Source: Pseudomonadota bacterium (GTDB lineage: Bacteria; Pseudomonadota; Alphaproteobacteria; SMXQ01). From it: a stretch of DNA of 55,663 nucleotides. Location: the NCBI GenBank assembly GCA_022545545.1, contig JACZQV010000001.1, forward strand, positions 1 through 55,663. The letters run 5' to 3'. Made by a program: the position numbers and the translations under genes. The notes beneath the pieces were generated by a model. That model was not told where the DNA came from. It saw only the letters and a program-made list of their open reading frames with translations, and did not search any database. This document shows, piece by piece, positions 31,179-44,512 of the stretch (position 1 is its first letter; each line of letters begins with the position of its first letter).

Positions 31179-32483
31179 CTACGCCGCCCTTGTCCCGGCG
31201 GGCGCCGGCGCCTGCGCCGTCTTGCAAGCCTCGATGCGGCGCTCGAGCTCGGGGCGGAAATGGCGGATCAGCCCCTGCACCGGCCACGCCGCGGCATCGC
31301 CAAGGGCGCAGATGGTGTGGCCCTCGATCTCGTGACTGACCTCGAGCAGCAGGTCGATTTCCTTGATCCCGGCGTCGCCCGTCACCAGCCGCTCCATCAC
31401 CCGCCACATCCAACCCGTACCCTCGCGGCACGGCGTGCACTGGCCGCAGCTCTCGTGTTTGTAGAACTTGGACAGCCGGGCGATGGCGGCGACGATGTCG
31501 GTGGATTTGTCCATGACGATCACCGCCGCCGTGCCGAGGCCCGATTTCACCTCCACGAGGCTGTCGAAATCCATCAGCACCGAATCACAGACCAATTTGG
31601 GGATGAGGGGCACCGATGAACCGCCGGGTATGACGGCGAGCAGTTTGTCCCAGCCGCCACGCACGCCGCCGGCATGCTTTTCGATGAGTTCCTTCAAGGG
31701 AATGCCCATCTCCTCCTCGACGTTGCAGGGGTCGTTCACGTGGCCCGAAATGCAAAATATCTTGGTGCCGGCGTTGTTGGGCCGGCCGAGGGCGGAGAAC
31801 CACGATCCCCCGCGGCGCAGGATGTCCGGCACGACGGCGAGGCTCTCGACGTTGTTCACCGTCGTCGGACAGCCATAGAGCCCGGCGCCCGCCGGGAACG
31901 GCGGCTTCAGGCGGGGCATGCCCTTGCGGCCCTCGAGGCTTTCGAGCAGCGCCGTTTCCTCGCCGCAAATATAGGCGCCGGCGCCGCGATGTACCCGGAT
32001 GTCGAATTCGAAGCCCGAACCGCAGGCGTCCTTGCCGATCAGCCCGGCTTCGCGCGCCTCCTCCACCGCCGCCTCCAAGCGCTCGGCCTCGTCATGGAAC
32101 TCGCCGCGGATGTAGATGTAGGCGAGGTGCGCGTCCATGGCCAAGGAAGCCAGCAGACATCCTTCAAGTAATTTATGAGGTTCATTCCGTAAAACGTCTC
32201 TGTCCTTGCAAGTTCCAGGCTCGCCCTCGTCCGCATTCACGACCAGGTAATGGGGTCGTCCGTCCGGCTCCTTGGGCATGAAGGACCATTTCAGACCGGT
32301 CGGAAAGCCGGCCCCGCCGCGCCCGCGCAGGCCCGATTTCTTGACCTCATCGATGATCCAGTCGGCCCCCTTGGCCATCAGGTCCTTGGTGTTGTCCCAG
32401 TCGCCGCGCGAGCGCGCGCCCTTGAGGCGCCAGTCCCCGGCGCCGTAAAGGTTGGTGAAGACGCGGTCCTCCTCGCGAAGCAT
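31179..32483 (-). CDS. nuoF: NADH-quinone oxidoreductase subunit F (FMN/NADH-binding, 434 aa)
   Basis: Start at ATG 32483 ([14 protein letters not shown]...), overlapping the nuoE stop (TGATG). [19 protein letters not shown] and the [12 protein letters not shown] 4Fe-4S motif are present. Confidence 0.93.
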   Translation of the reverse strand: MLREEDRVFTNLYGAGDWRLKGARSRGDWDNTKDLMAKGADWIIDEVKKSGLRGRGGAGFPTGLKWSFMPKEPDGRPHYLVVNADEGEPGTCKDRDVLRNEPHKLLEGCLLASLAMDAHLAYIYIRGEFHDEAERLEAAVEEAREAGLIGKDACGSGFEFDIRVHRGAGAYICGEETALLESLEGRKGMPRLKPPFPAGAGLYGCPTTVNNVESLAVVPDILRRGGSWFSALGRPNNAGTKIFCISGHVNDPCNVEEEMGIPLKELIEKHAGGVRGGWDKLLAVIPGGSSVPLIPKLVCDSVLMDFDSLVEVKSGLGTAAVIVMDKSTDIVAAIARLSKFYKHESCGQCTPCREGTGWMWRVMERLVTGDAGIKEIDLLLEVSHEIEGHTICALGDAAAWPVQGLIRHFRPELERRIEACKTAQAPAPAGTRAA

Positions 32484-33121
32484 CAGTCGCCTTCTCTCCC
32501 CTTCATCTTGCCGGACGAGATCAAGGTGGCGAGGCCCTTCACCGGCGCCGAACATTGCCGGCCGGTCTGGGAACCGGGTTTCGGCTTCTCGCCCTTCTTC
32601 AAAAGGTCGAGGAGCGCCGCCGTACGCGCGCCATCGAGGTCCTCGTAATAATCATCGTTGATCTGTATCACCGGGGCGTTGACGCAGGCGCCGATGCACT
32701 CCACTTCCGTCAAGGTGAATTCGCCGTCTTCCGAGGTCTCGTCGAGATCGATGCCGAGGGTCTCGCGGCAGGCATCGAGAACCTCGGCCGAGCCGCAGAG
32801 CCAACAAGGCGTCGTCGTGCATACCTTGACCTGGTTGCGGCCGACGGGTTTTAGATTGAACATGGAATAGAAGGTGACGACCTCGTAGACCCGGATATGG
32901 GGCATGCCGAGATAATCGGCCACGTACGCCACCGCCGGGGGGGGCAGCCAGCCGCCGTTCTGGCGCTGGGCGAGGTCAAGCAGCGGCATCACGGCGCTCG
33001 CCTCCCGGTCTTCGGGATAGCGGCCGACGATCTCTTCGGCCAGCGCCGCATTCGCCTTGGTGAAGGCGAAGGGCCCGGCTTCATCGGCACCGTTCGCCGG
33101 AGGGTTGGTTGGGCCGCTCAC
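32483..33121 (-). CDS. nuoE: NADH-quinone oxidoreductase subunit E (2Fe-2S)
   Basis: 212 aa. [10 protein letters not shown] ... CIGACVNAP cysteine pattern. Confidence 0.93.
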   Translation of the reverse strand: MSGPTNPPANGADEAGPFAFTKANAALAEEIVGRYPEDREASAVMPLLDLAQRQNGGWLPPPAVAYVADYLGMPHIRVYEVVTFYSMFNLKPVGRNQVKVCTTTPCWLCGSAEVLDACRETLGIDLDETSEDGEFTLTEVECIGACVNAPVIQINDDYYEDLDGARTAALLDLLKKGEKPKPGSQTGRQCSAPVKGLATLISSGKMKGREGD

Positions 33122-34305
33122 CGGTCGATCTCACCGAAAACGATGTCGAGAGAGCCGATGATGGCGACGACATCCGCCAGCATATGTCCCTTGGCGAGAT
33201 GGTCGAGGCCCTGCAGAAAGGCGAAGCTCGGCGCCCGGATCTTGCACCGGTAGGGCCTGTTGGTGCCGTCGGAGACGAGGTAAACGCCGAACTCTCCCTT
33301 GGGCGCCTCGACCGCGGCGTAACATTCCCCGGCGGGAACGTGATAGCCCTCGGTGTAAAGCTTGAAGTGATGGATCAGCGCCTCCATGGAGCGCTTCATC
33401 TCGGCTCGTCTGGGCGGCGCGATCTTGTGGTCGTCCACCATCACCGGGCCGCCGGGCATGTCGTTCAGGCACTGTTTCATGATCGGCACGCATTGGCGCA
33501 TTTCCTCGATGCGCACGAGATAGCGGGCATAGCAATCGCCGTTCTTGCCGACGGGAATATCGAAGTCCAGGCGGTCATAGACGTCGTAGGGCTGAGCCTT
33601 GCGCAGGTCCCAGGCGACATCGCAGGCGCGCAGATTGGGTCCGGTAAAGCCCCAGTCGAAGGCGTCCTCGGCGCTGATCGTCCCGATATCCACCGTGCGC
33701 TGCTTGAAGATGCGGTTTTCCGTCAACAGCCCCTCGATATCGTCGATGTGGGCCGGGAAGGCGTCGGCGAACGCCATGATGTCGTCGGCCAGGCCATCCG
33801 GCAGGTCCTGATGCACGCCGCCGGGGCGGAAATAAGCCGCGTGCATGCGCGCGCCCGAGACCCGCTCGTAAAACTCCATCAGCTTCTCGCGCTCCTCGAA
33901 CCCCCACAGCAGCGGCGTCATGGCGCCGAGGTCGAGCGCCATGGTCGTGATGCTGAGGATATGGTTGAGCAGACGGCTGATCTCCGAGAACAGGACCCGG
34001 ATGTACTGGGCGCGCAGCGGCACCTCGACGCCGAGCAGCCTTTCCACGGCCAGGGCGAAGGCGTGCTCCTGATTCATCGGCGCGACGTAGTCCAGCCGGT
34101 CGAAATAAGGGATGGCCTGCAAATAGGTCTTGTACTCGATCAGCTTCTCCGTTCCCCGGTGGAGGAGGCCGATATGGGGGTCGGCGCGCCGGATGACCTC
34201 GCCATCCATTTCCAGCACCAGGCGCAGCACGCCGTGGGCCGCCGGATGCTGGGGACCGAAATTCATGGTGAAGTTCTGGAGCCGGGTCTCGGCCATCGCC
34301 GTCAA
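33118..34305 (-). CDS. nuoD: NADH-quinone oxidoreductase subunit D
   Basis: 395 aa. [18 protein letters not shown] and the C-terminal [14 protein letters not shown] are typical of the 49 kDa subunit. Confidence 0.94.
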   Translation of the reverse strand: MTAMAETRLQNFTMNFGPQHPAAHGVLRLVLEMDGEVIRRADPHIGLLHRGTEKLIEYKTYLQAIPYFDRLDYVAPMNQEHAFALAVERLLGVEVPLRAQYIRVLFSEISRLLNHILSITTMALDLGAMTPLLWGFEEREKLMEFYERVSGARMHAAYFRPGGVHQDLPDGLADDIMAFADAFPAHIDDIEGLLTENRIFKQRTVDIGTISAEDAFDWGFTGPNLRACDVAWDLRKAQPYDVYDRLDFDIPVGKNGDCYARYLVRIEEMRQCVPIMKQCLNDMPGGPVMVDDHKIAPPRRAEMKRSMEALIHHFKLYTEGYHVPAGECYAAVEAPKGEFGVYLVSDGTNRPYRCKIRAPSFAFLQGLDHLAKGHMLADVVAIIGSLDIVFGEIDR

Positions 34306-34904
34306 CCTTCCGCCTTTTCATCGCCGGGAAGCGTGGACGGCATCCCTTCCCACGGGCTCAGGAAATCGAAGCTGCGGAATTCCTGGGTCAGCTTGACCGG
34401 CTCGTAGACGACCCGCTTCTGTTCATCGTCATAGCGCACCTCGACATGCCCGGTGAGCGGAAAATCCTTGCGCAGGGGATGCCCCTCGAAACCGTAATCG
34501 GTGAGGATCCGGCGCAGATCGGGGTGGCCGGAAAACAGGATGCCGTATAGGTCCCAGGCCTCCCGCTCCCACCAACCGGCGGCGGAGAAAACCCCGGTCG
34601 CCGAGGGCACGGGTGTTGACTCATCGGTGCTCAGCTTGACGCGGATACGCTGGTTTTGGCGCAGGCTCAGGAGATGATAGACCACCTCGAAGCGCCGCTC
34701 GCGGCCGGGATAATCGACGCCGCAGATATCGATCAACTGGCGGAACTGGCAATTGGTGTCGTCACGCAGGAAGGTCAGCACCGTGACGATGGCGTCCCAG
34801 TTCACCTCGATGGTCAACTCGCCGTGGGCGACCTCGGCGCCCGACACCATTTCAGGCAGCGCGCCAAGAACGTATTCGCCGAGTTCCTCTAGAGCTTCAT
34901 CCAT
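34302..34904 (-). CDS. nuoC: NADH-quinone oxidoreductase subunit C (200 aa)
   Basis: Start set at ATG 34904 ([14 protein letters not shown]...), downstream of the nuoB stop. The [37 protein letters not shown] motif is present. Confidence 0.92.
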   Translation of the reverse strand: MDEALEELGEYVLGALPEMVSGAEVAHGELTIEVNWDAIVTVLTFLRDDTNCQFRQLIDICGVDYPGRERRFEVVYHLLSLRQNQRIRVKLSTDESTPVPSATGVFSAAGWWEREAWDLYGILFSGHPDLRRILTDYGFEGHPLRKDFPLTGHVEVRYDDEQKRVVYEPVKLTQEFRSFDFLSPWEGMPSTLPGDEKAEG

Positions 34905-34926
34905 GTACGATGCCGACAGCGACGGC

Positions 34927-35490
34927 TCAACGGGCGATGGTGCCCGTCCGTCTGATTTTCTTTTGTAACTGCAGGATGCCATAAAGCAGCGCTTCGGCCG
35001 TCGGCGGACACCCGGGAACGTAAATATCCACGGGTACGATCCGGTCACACCCGCGGACCACCGAATAGGAATAGTGATAATAGCCGCCGCCATTGGCGCA
35101 GGAGCCCATGGAAATCACCCAGCGGGGTTCGGCCATTTGGTCGTAAACGCGGCGCAGCGCCGGCGCCATTTTGTTGGTCAGCGTGCCGGCGACGATCATC
35201 ACGTCGGACTGGCGCGGGCTTGGCCTGAAGAATATGCCGAACCGGTCAAGGTCATAGCGGCTGGCGGCGGTCTGCATCATCTCGATGGCGCAACACGCGA
35301 GCCCGAAAGTCATCGGCCAAAGCGAGCCGGTGCGCGCCCAGTTCACCAGCTTGTCGAGATTGGCGACGACGAATCCCTTGTCTTGCATCTCGCCCGCCAC
35401 CGATCTCAGGACCGCGTCCTGGTCGGGCTCGGGAGCGAAAGGAATTTCGCCGGTGGCGGGGTTGTGGATGCCGGCCCCTTTCACTCCCAT
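34927..35490 (-). CDS. nuoB: NADH-quinone oxidoreductase subunit B (187 aa)
   Basis: Start set at ATG 35490 (MGVKGAG...), with an AAGGGGG RBS; overlaps the nuoA end by 10 nt. [10 protein letters not shown] and CPPTAEAL motifs are present. Confidence 0.92.
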   Translation of the reverse strand: MGVKGAGIHNPATGEIPFAPEPDQDAVLRSVAGEMQDKGFVVANLDKLVNWARTGSLWPMTFGLACCAIEMMQTAASRYDLDRFGIFFRPSPRQSDVMIVAGTLTNKMAPALRRVYDQMAEPRWVISMGSCANGGGYYHYSYSVVRGCDRIVPVDIYVPGCPPTAEALLYGILQLQKKIRRTGTIAR

Positions 35491-35858
35491 TCCAAGGCCC
35501 CCTTCTTCCATTCGTAGATGAAGCCGATGGTCAGCACCCCGAGGAAGACGATCATCGACCAAAAGCCGATGAGACCGATCTCGCCGAGGGCAATCGCCCA
35601 AGGGAACAGGAAGGCGACCTCGAGATCGAAAATGATGAACAGGATGGCCACCAGATAGAAGCGCACATCGAACATGCCGCGGGCATCGTCGAAAGCATCG
35701 AACCCGCATTCGTAAGCGGAGAGCTTTTCGGAATCGGGGCGCTGGTGGGCAAGGACGAAGGCCGCGGCGACAATGAGAAGTGCGAGGGCGGTGGCGATCC
35801 CCAAGAAAATCAGGATGGGAAGATATTTGGAAAGATATTCGAGGAGCAGTGCTTCCAT
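35481..35858 (-). CDS. nuoA: NADH-quinone oxidoreductase subunit A
   Basis: 125 aa, 3 TM; YECGF motif; first gene of the operon. Confidence 0.92.
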   Translation of the reverse strand: MEALLLEYLSKYLPILIFLGIATALALLIVAAAFVLAHQRPDSEKLSAYECGFDAFDDARGMFDVRFYLVAILFIIFDLEVAFLFPWAIALGEIGLIGFWSMIVFLGVLTIGFIYEWKKGALEWE

Positions 35859-36091
35859 CGGCGCCCCCTAACTCAACCGTTACCGGCCGCTGCCGTCACC
35901 CAACAACGCGGCAAAACTATCCGTCCCCTGTACCACCCTTCCAGGGCTGGCGACGGGCCGTAAGGAATATAGGAACGGGGAGGCTCAAATGAAAGCACAG
36001 ATTGGGTCACTTCTGGCTGGACGGCCCTGGGTTTGCGGCGCCGTCAGCCGCGGGGAAAATCTCTCGATCGGCACGTGCGCCCTCTCGATGT

Positions 36092-36169
36092 TGGCGGGAG
36101 TGACGGGACTTGAACCCGCGACCTCCGGCTTGACAGGCCGGCGCTCTAAACCAACTGAGCTACACCCCC
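36092..36169 (-). tRNA. tRNA-Asp (anticodon GTC), CCA encoded
   Basis: Reverse complement GGGGGTGTAGCTCAGTTGGTTTAGAGCGCCGGCCTGTCAAGCCGGAGGTCGCGGGTTCAAGTCCCGTCACTCCCGCCA folds as a cloverleaf. Anticodon loop is CTGTCAA. Confidence 0.92.
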
Positions 36170-36330
36170 AAACACAGCCCCCGGCCACGGCATCTTGCCG
36201 GGCGCGATCTTGCGGGAGGCTTGATGTAATGCACGCCTCCCCAAGCTGTCAACGAACCTCTTGCCCCTCCTGGCCAGGCACACCAACCGGGGGCGCCTAT
36301 GCAGTAATTGGAGATCGGGGCTGGAAAATT

Positions 36331-36375
36331 AAAGGCGGCGGGAAAATTTTCGGGCCGCCCATTTCAGCCGCCTTT
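36331..36375 (-). terminator. Possible terminator downstream of tRNA-Val (9-bp stem AAAGGCGGC/GCCGCCTTT, large loop, T-rich tail on minus strand)
   Basis: Stem read from the sequence. The loop is 27 nt and contains the palindrome GAAAATTTTC. The tail is TTTAATTTTCC. The geometry is atypical, so confidence is low. Confidence 0.25.
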
Positions 36376-36449
36376 GGCCCGGCGGCACCATCGCCGCCGG
36401 CACGAAAACGGGTGAAGCCGGGACCAAGACGAGTGGAGCCGGAAGCTAG

Positions 36450-36525
36450 TGGTGGGCGATGACGGATTCGAACCGCCGGCCTTCTCGGTGTAAACGAGAC
36501 GCTCTGCCAACTGAGCTAATCGCCC
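36450..36525 (-). tRNA. tRNA-Val (anticodon TAC), CCA encoded
   Basis: Reverse complement GGGCGATTAGCTCAGTTGGCAGAGCGTCTCGTTTACACCGAGAAGGCCGGCGGTTCGAATCCGTCATCGCCCACCA. 76 nt cloverleaf with anticodon loop TTTACAC. Confidence 0.92.
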
Positions 36526-36610
36526 AACCCGGACCCCGCGACGTCGGGCGGCTACCTCGCCATCATCGCCCGGATCGCCGACCGGCGATAGGTGATTCGA
36601 ATGGCCACGA

Positions 36611-36646
36611 ATAAAAATGCCGGCTGCCATTGTGGACAGCCGGCAC
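36611..36646 (-). terminator. Rho-independent terminator of the HU gene (stem GCCGGCTG/CAGCCGGC then ATTTTTATT on minus strand)
   Basis: 8-bp GC stem (36619-36626 with 36638-36645) followed by a T-run on the minus strand, about 20 nt after the HU stop. Confidence 0.65.
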
Positions 36647-36665
36647 GAAAAGGAACGTGAAGCAA

Positions 36666-36938
36666 TTAATTCACTGCGCTTTTCAGACCCTTGCCCGCGC
36701 GGAATTTCGGCTGGTTCGACGCAGGAATCTGTATGGGCTCTCCAGTGCGGGGGTTGCGGCCTTGCGTTGCACGCCGATGGACAACGTTGAAGGTACCGAA
36801 ACCTACCAGACGCACTTCCTCTCCCCGGCCGAGTGCCGAGGTTATTGAATCAATGACGCCGTCAACCGCGGTTGCCGCGTCGGTCTTGGACATACCTGTA
36901 TTTGACGCGACCGCCGTCACGAGTTCGTTTTTATTCAC
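36666..36938 (-). CDS. hup: HU-family nucleoid-associated DNA-binding protein (90 aa)
   Basis: Start set at GTG 36938 (VNKNELVTAVA...), with an AGAGGGGG RBS. RNPRTGEPIQIPASNQPKFRAGKGLK is the HU beta-arm signature. Confidence 0.9.
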   Translation of the reverse strand: MNKNELVTAVASNTGMSKTDAATAVDGVIDSITSALGRGEEVRLVGFGTFNVVHRRATQGRNPRTGEPIQIPASNQPKFRAGKGLKSAVN

Positions 36939-37217
36939 TGTCAACCCCCTCTGATTTCGAATTATCAACGTACCGCATGAAATTGCCGGTAACGCTAGAA
37001 CCGAGTGTCTCATCTTGCTGAGGCCGATCAGTCTAGATCGTCGCAAAAGGGCGCGTCAATCACAGAAGCACAGTTTTCCCCAGCTTTTTGCGCTTTTCAC
37101 GCCCTTCACGAACCCACGGACGCCCCGGGGACTCGATTTGGTCCGAAAATGGGATTCGCCTATGTGGCGAAGTGGAATCTATCCGCCTAGACAGCGGGAC
37201 GAAAACGGCCGACGGGG

Positions 37218-39626
<2,409 letters not shown>

Positions 39627-39769
39627 ACTAACCCTTCACTCGATGCGACGGCCTTCTAGGTGACGGCGCCAGGTGACGGGAACGGAGCGCCCGGTCAAAA
39701 AGTAGTCGGCATGGAGGAGCGGTTCAAGGGGCCCCATGCCTTTCCGACGATCAACGGCGCCCTGGCGGG

Positions 39770-41032
39770 TCAGGCGCTGGTGCCCAAATCCTCCCGGCGG
39801 TCGGCATAAATGTAGAGAGGCTTGGATCCCCCATCCACCACTTCACGGTTGACGACGATCTCCTCGACACTCTCCAGCCCGGGAAGCTCGAACATGGGAT
39901 CGAGAAGGATATTCTCCATGATCGAGCGCAGGCCGCGGGCGCCGGTCTTCCGCGCGATGGCCTTGGTGGCGACGGCGCTGAGCGCGTCGTCGGAGAATTC
40001 GAGGCGCACGTCCTCCATCTCGAAAAGCAGCTGATACTGTTTGACCAGGGCGTTCCGCGGCAATGTGAGAATGTCGATCAGGGCCGACTTGTCGAGATCA
40101 TCGAGGGTCGCGACGACCGGCAGCCGGCCTATGAATTCCGGAATCAGCCCGTATTTCAGGAGGTCCTCGGGTTCGACACTGCGTAAGATCTCGCCGGTAT
40201 GGCGATCTTCCGGGCCGCGGACATCGGCGCCGTAGCCGATCGTGGTGCCCCGGCCGCGCGCCGTGATGATCTTCTCGAGACCGGCAAAGCCGCCGCCGCA
40301 GATAAACAGGATATTCGTGGTATCGACCTGCAGGAACTCCTGCTGCGGATGTTTGCGCCCGCCTTGGGGCGGAACGGACGCGACCGTACCTTCCATGATC
40401 TTGAGGAGCGCCTGCTGGACGCCCTCGCCCGAGACGTCGCGGGTGATCGAGGGGTTGTCCGACTTGCGCGAAATCTTGTCGACCTCGTCGATGTAGACGA
40501 TGCCCCGCTGCGCCCGCTCGACATTGTAATCGGCGGCCTGTAACAGCTTGAGGATGATGTTCTCGACATCCTCGCCGACATAGCCCGCTTCGGTCAGCGT
40601 CGTGGCGTCGGCCATGGTGAAGGGAACGTCGAGGACCCGCGCCAGGGTCTGGGCCAGCAAGGTCTTGCCGCAGCCGGTCGGGCCGAGCAGCAGGATGTTG
40701 GACTTGGCCAGTTCGACATCGTCGCCCTTGGAGCCATGGGCCAGCCGTTTGTAATGGTTGTGCACGGCCACCGAGAGAACGCGCTTGGCGTGGTCCTGGC
40801 CGATCACATAGTCGTCGAGCACGGCGCAGATGTCCCCCGGAGTCGGCACGCCGTCCTGGGAACGCACGAGCGTCGTCTTGTGCTCCTCGCGGATGATGTC
40901 CATGCACAATTCGACGCATTCATCGCAAATGAACACGGTCGGCCCGGCGATGAGCTTACGCACCTCGTGCTGGCTCTTGCCGCAGAACGAGCAATACAGG
41001 GTGTTTTTAGAATCGCTGCTCGACTTGTTCAT
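39770..41032 (-). CDS. clpX: ATP-dependent Clp protease ATP-binding subunit ClpX
   Basis: 420 aa. N-terminal zinc-binding [26 protein letters not shown] and Walker A GPTGCGKT. Confidence 0.96.
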   Translation of the reverse strand: MNKSSSDSKNTLYCSFCGKSQHEVRKLIAGPTVFICDECVELCMDIIREEHKTTLVRSQDGVPTPGDICAVLDDYVIGQDHAKRVLSVAVHNHYKRLAHGSKGDDVELAKSNILLLGPTGCGKTLLAQTLARVLDVPFTMADATTLTEAGYVGEDVENIILKLLQAADYNVERAQRGIVYIDEVDKISRKSDNPSITRDVSGEGVQQALLKIMEGTVASVPPQGGRKHPQQEFLQVDTTNILFICGGGFAGLEKIITARGRGTTIGYGADVRGPEDRHTGEILRSVEPEDLLKYGLIPEFIGRLPVVATLDDLDKSALIDILTLPRNALVKQYQLLFEMEDVRLEFSDDALSAVATKAIARKTGARGLRSIMENILLDPMFELPGLESVEEIVVNREVVDGGSKPLYIYADRREDLGTSA

Positions 41033-41319
41033 GTGAACCCCGTTTCAACCGACGACTTGACCACCCGGTATTATGTTAGACACAGCACGATATTTTACAC
41101 AACGCAAAAATAAACGGTCAATATAGAGGGGCCCAAGAAACGGGTTTGACATCGTCAGACCCGGCCCCCCTGAATTTGACCGTCCCTCACCCGAGGCTCC
41201 AAACCGGTACGCGTTACGCAGTTCTACCTACCAATCCCAGCCTGACACCTACTCGTCAATAATTTGTTAACTTCGATCCACATTCAACCTCCACGCCGGA
41301 GAAAGGGCGCTCAATCCCC

Positions 41320-41952
41320 TTAGTTTTCGGAGTTTTCCTCGCTTTCACGGTTGGCGACGACTTCATCGACCAACCCGAATTCCACGGCTTCCTCGGGCGT
41401 CAGGAACCTGTCCCGGTCCACCGCCTTCTCGATGACTTCCAGGGGCTGGCCGGTGCAACTGGCGTAGATGTTGTTGAGCCGCGCACGAAGCGCCAGGATT
41501 TCCTTGGCCTGGATTTCGATATCGGTGGCCTGGCCCTGAATGCCGCCCGACGGCTGATGGATCATGACCCGGGAGTTGGGAAGGCAGTAACGTTTTCCCT
41601 TGGCTCCCGAGGTCAACAGCAAGGATCCCATGGACGCCGCCTGGCCGATACATACCGTGGCCACGTCGGGGCGGATATATTGCATGGTGTCGTACACCGC
41701 GAGCCCCGAGGTCACCACGCCACCCGGCGAATTGATATAAAAGGAGATATCCTTTTTGGGATTTTCCGCTTCCAGGTAGAGCAGCTGGGCGGCGACCAGG
41801 CTCGCTACGGTGTCGTCCACGGGCCCGACGAGGAAAATGATTCGCTCCTTGAGCAAGCGCGAATAGATATCGTAGGCCCGTTCGCCCCGGGCGGTCTGCT
41901 CCACGACCATGGGCACCAGGGTGTTCATATAGGTTTCATAGGGATCGGTCAT
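41320..41952 (-). CDS. clpP: ATP-dependent Clp protease proteolytic subunit ClpP
   Basis: 210 aa. [23 protein letters not shown] and active-site GQAASMGS. The start could instead be Met9 (41928). Confidence 0.95.
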   Translation of the reverse strand: MTDPYETYMNTLVPMVVEQTARGERAYDIYSRLLKERIIFLVGPVDDTVASLVAAQLLYLEAENPKKDISFYINSPGGVVTSGLAVYDTMQYIRPDVATVCIGQAASMGSLLLTSGAKGKRYCLPNSRVMIHQPSGGIQGQATDIEIQAKEILALRARLNNIYASCTGQPLEVIEKAVDRDRFLTPEEAVEFGLVDEVVANRESEENSEN

Positions 41953-42017
41953 TTCCGATAGCTCTCGCTCGCTTCGCCAAGGGTGGATAACAGGGGCTAC
42001 ACAGTTTCAATATGGGG

Positions 42018-43505
42018 TCACTTTGTCATTTTTGTGGCCGCCGCCAATTTTTTCGATGGCGCTTTGCCGGCGCTCTCCCCCCCTGATTCGCTCTTCACCG
42101 CCGCTTTTTCCTTTGCCCTCGCCTTCTTTTTGGCCGCGGCCTTCTTCTTACCGGCATCTGTTTCGGCGTCTCCCAAGGCTTCCTCCTCTTCCGTGGCCTT
42201 CAGCATATCCTCGAGAGACACCTTGCGCTCGGTCACCCGCGCCAACTCGAGGATGAAGTTGACCACCTTGTCCTCGAAGACGGGCGCCCGGAGCGTTCCC
42301 ATGGCTTCCCGGTCCTTCCGGTAATGATCGACCACCTCGCGCTCCCGGCCCGGGAAGCGCCGCGCCTCCGCGGCCACCGCCCGATTGAGGTCCTCCTGGG
42401 TGACGTCGATATTGTTTATCCGCCCGACCTCGGAGAGGAAAAGGCCGAGCCGGACCCGGCGCTCGGCGATGGTCCGGTATTCGGCCCTAAGCTCGTCCTC
42501 GCTCTTGCCGGCCTCCTCGAGGGCGTCCTTGTTGCGCTCCAACTCCTCGGCCACGCTCTTCCAGATCGCCTCGAACTCGCTATTCGCCGTGGATTCGGGG
42601 ACCGGGAAATCGCATCGCTCGGCCAGTGCGTCCAACAGGCGCCGTTTCAGGTGCAGGCGCGACATCGCCGCATATTCCCGCTCTCGCGCCTCCCGGATGG
42701 CCTTTTTCAAGGCATTCAGATTCTCCACTCCCATCTTCTGGGCCAGTTGATCGTCTATGGCGGCGGCGCCGCGTTGGCGCAACTCCTTGACATCGACCTC
42801 GAACTCCGCGTCCTTGCCGGCCAGCTCGGCGTTGCCGTACTCATCGGGGAAGCGGACCTTGACCGTAAGGTGATCCCCGGCCTTGGCGCCCCGGATCTGT
42901 TCGACGAATCCGGGGACGAAGGTGATGGCGGAAAGTTCGAGGAGGAAGTCCTTTGCCGTCCCGCCCTCGAAGGCCTCGCCGTCGACCCGGCCGACGAAGT
43001 CGATCATCAGGGCATCGCTCTCGGTCGATGGGCGGACCTCTTCCACGGTCTCGAAGCCGGCCTGATCCTTGGCCAGATCCCCGATGGCCTCGTCGATCTC
43101 GGCGTCGCTGACCTCGACGACGAGCCGTTCCAGCTCCAGCTTTGAAAATTCCACCGGCTCGATCTCGGGCATCAACTCGACCGCCATGGTGTATTCGAGA
43201 TCGGCGCCTTCGGCGAAGGACTTGATCTCGATCTTGGGCTGCACCGCCAGGCGCAAACCCTTGTCCGCCAGCGCCCGCTGGGAACTGTCGGAAACCACAT
43301 GATCGAGGATCTCGCCCATCAGGGACCGCCCGTACTGCTTCTTGAGGAGCGGCATGGGGACCTTGCCGGGACGGAAACCCGGCATCTTTATGGTCCGGCT
43401 AAGCTCCTCGAGACGGGAATTGAGCGTGGCTTCGATATCGGCGGCGGCGACGGTGATGGTGAATTCGCGCTTCAGCCCCTCGTTACTGTCTTCGACGACC
43501 TGCAT
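42018..43505 (-). CDS. tig: Trigger factor with Lys/Ala-rich C-terminal tail (495 aa)
   Basis: Start set at ATG 43505 (MQVVEDSNEGLKREFTITV...); the track ORF extends into tRNA-Leu. Ribosome-binding GFRPGKVP motif present. The last roughly 55 aa are low complexity (GKKKAAAKKKARAKEKAAVK...). Confidence 0.93.
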   Translation of the reverse strand: MQVVEDSNEGLKREFTITVAAADIEATLNSRLEELSRTIKMPGFRPGKVPMPLLKKQYGRSLMGEILDHVVSDSSQRALADKGLRLAVQPKIEIKSFAEGADLEYTMAVELMPEIEPVEFSKLELERLVVEVSDAEIDEAIGDLAKDQAGFETVEEVRPSTESDALMIDFVGRVDGEAFEGGTAKDFLLELSAITFVPGFVEQIRGAKAGDHLTVKVRFPDEYGNAELAGKDAEFEVDVKELRQRGAAAIDDQLAQKMGVENLNALKKAIREAREREYAAMSRLHLKRRLLDALAERCDFPVPESTANSEFEAIWKSVAEELERNKDALEEAGKSEDELRAEYRTIAERRVRLGLFLSEVGRINNIDVTQEDLNRAVAAEARRFPGREREVVDHYRKDREAMGTLRAPVFEDKVVNFILELARVTERKVSLEDMLKATEEEEALGDAETDAGKKKAAAKKKARAKEKAAVKSESGGESAGKAPSKKLAAATKMTK

Positions 43506-43571
43506 GGAGTTCCCTGTCCCTATTCCAAAACTACCGGGCGTCGAGCGCGATGAGTGCCTGGCATGTCGATC

Positions 43572-43656
43572 TGGTGCGGGCGGAGGGACTTGAACCCCCA
43601 CGACTTTCGTCACCAGATCCTAAATCTGGCGCGTCTACCAGTTCCGCCACGCCCGC
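43572..43656 (-). tRNA. tRNA-Leu (anticodon TAG), long variable arm, CCA encoded
   Basis: Reverse complement GCGGGCGTGGCGGAACTGGTAGACGCGCCAGATTTAGGATCTGGTGACGAAAGTCGTGGGGGTTCAAGTCCCTCCGCCCGCACCA. 85 nt. Confidence 0.9.
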
Positions 43657-43750
43657 ACCGATGGGCGGCGGCTGAAGATCACCGACCCCAGAAGCGCCTC
43701 TCTATAGCATAGTCGATTCGGGCAAGACAGGGCAAAACCTAGCGCATTAT

Positions 43751-43945
43751 CCGATTGGTTCGACCCCTCCCGCTCCCCCACCCGGCCGCACAGGCGGGCC
43801 TTCTCCACGCCGACCCGCGACGCCAGCGAAGCGTGGCGAGAGCGGCTCTCGCCTCGGCGAAGCCTCCGGCGAAGCCAGGGTCGCTTCGGCGGCGCCAGGC
43901 CGCACAGGCGGGCCGGCACGATTCGACGAAAGTGGATTATGCCCT
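43751..43945 (+). repeat. Copy C of the dispersed GC-rich intergenic repeat family
   Basis: CCGATTGGTTCGACCC (43751-43766), GGCCGCACAGGCGGG at 43784-43798 and 43898-43912, and terminal ATTATGCCCT (43936-43945). Same end motifs as copy A in inverse orientation. Confidence 0.6.
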
Positions 43946-44105
43946 ACCGTCCCCGAAGACCGCTACTTCGGTAGCGCCAAAGGCGGACCGCCGCCGAAAA
44001 CGGGGATCGGCAAGCGCCCCGTGCTGGGAACTCCTGGAGATTTTCGGCATCCGGGAGCGGCGCCAGGAAGGCGCCGGAGGACAGGGAGAAGCGCCGAACG
44101 CCTGG

Positions 44106-44444
44106 TCAGGTGGTCTTCGCCGCCGCTAAATCGTCGGCGGCCAAATCGACGGCGGCCGAATCGCCGGAGATCATCTCGTCGTATAGTTCGGCAAAGGACT
44201 GCAGCGCCAGCACCCGCTTGCAATCCCAGTACAAGGACCGGTCGGACCGTCCGATGGTGACCTTGTACTTGACGTGGGGGATGCCGAAGGAGTCGTCATG
44301 GATGTCGAGGACGGTCGCGGTCTCCACCGCATTGTTGGCGCGGTTCCGGCGATAGACACATCCGGTCCGGATGGCCGCCCTTTTCGGTCCGCGTTTGAAA
44401 CAACGGCCGAACAACTCGATCACGTTTGCCAACATCTCCAACAT
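44106..44444 (-). CDS. Hypothetical small protein (112 aa), no recognised family
   Basis: Open frame with genome-like third-position GC, flanked by AT-richer upstream DNA. The 3' end contains a 15-nt tandem repeat (AAATCGTCGGCGGCC / AAATCGACGGCGGCC / GAATCGCCGG). The RBS is weak. Confidence 0.5.
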   Translation of the reverse strand: MLEMLANVIELFGRCFKRGPKRAAIRTGCVYRRNRANNAVETATVLDIHDDSFGIPHVKYKVTIGRSDRSLYWDCKRVLALQSFAELYDEMISGDSAAVDLAADDLAAAKTT

Positions 44445-44497
44445 CTTCGTGGCCGAAACCTACACTTCCTCTCACCTGCAGCATAAGCGAAAACCCT

Positions 44498-44512
44498 TTA
44501 AGAACCGGTTAA
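44498..44512. promoter_or_regulatory. Perfect CtrA-box-like motif TTAA-N7-TTAA upstream of the orphan small gene
   Basis: TTAAGAACCGGTTAA read directly from the sequence, 54-68 nt upstream of ATG 44444. A 10-bp palindrome CAAATATTTG lies at 44541-44550. Confidence 0.3.

Noticed and set aside
39723-39730. CCCTTGAA on the minus strand upstream of lon, resembling a sigma32 (RpoH) -35 element
   Set aside because: I could not find a CCCCATNT or CYTATNT-like -10 at an acceptable spacing. The apparent CCCCAT nearby is on the opposite strand and is part of a GGGGCCCC palindrome.
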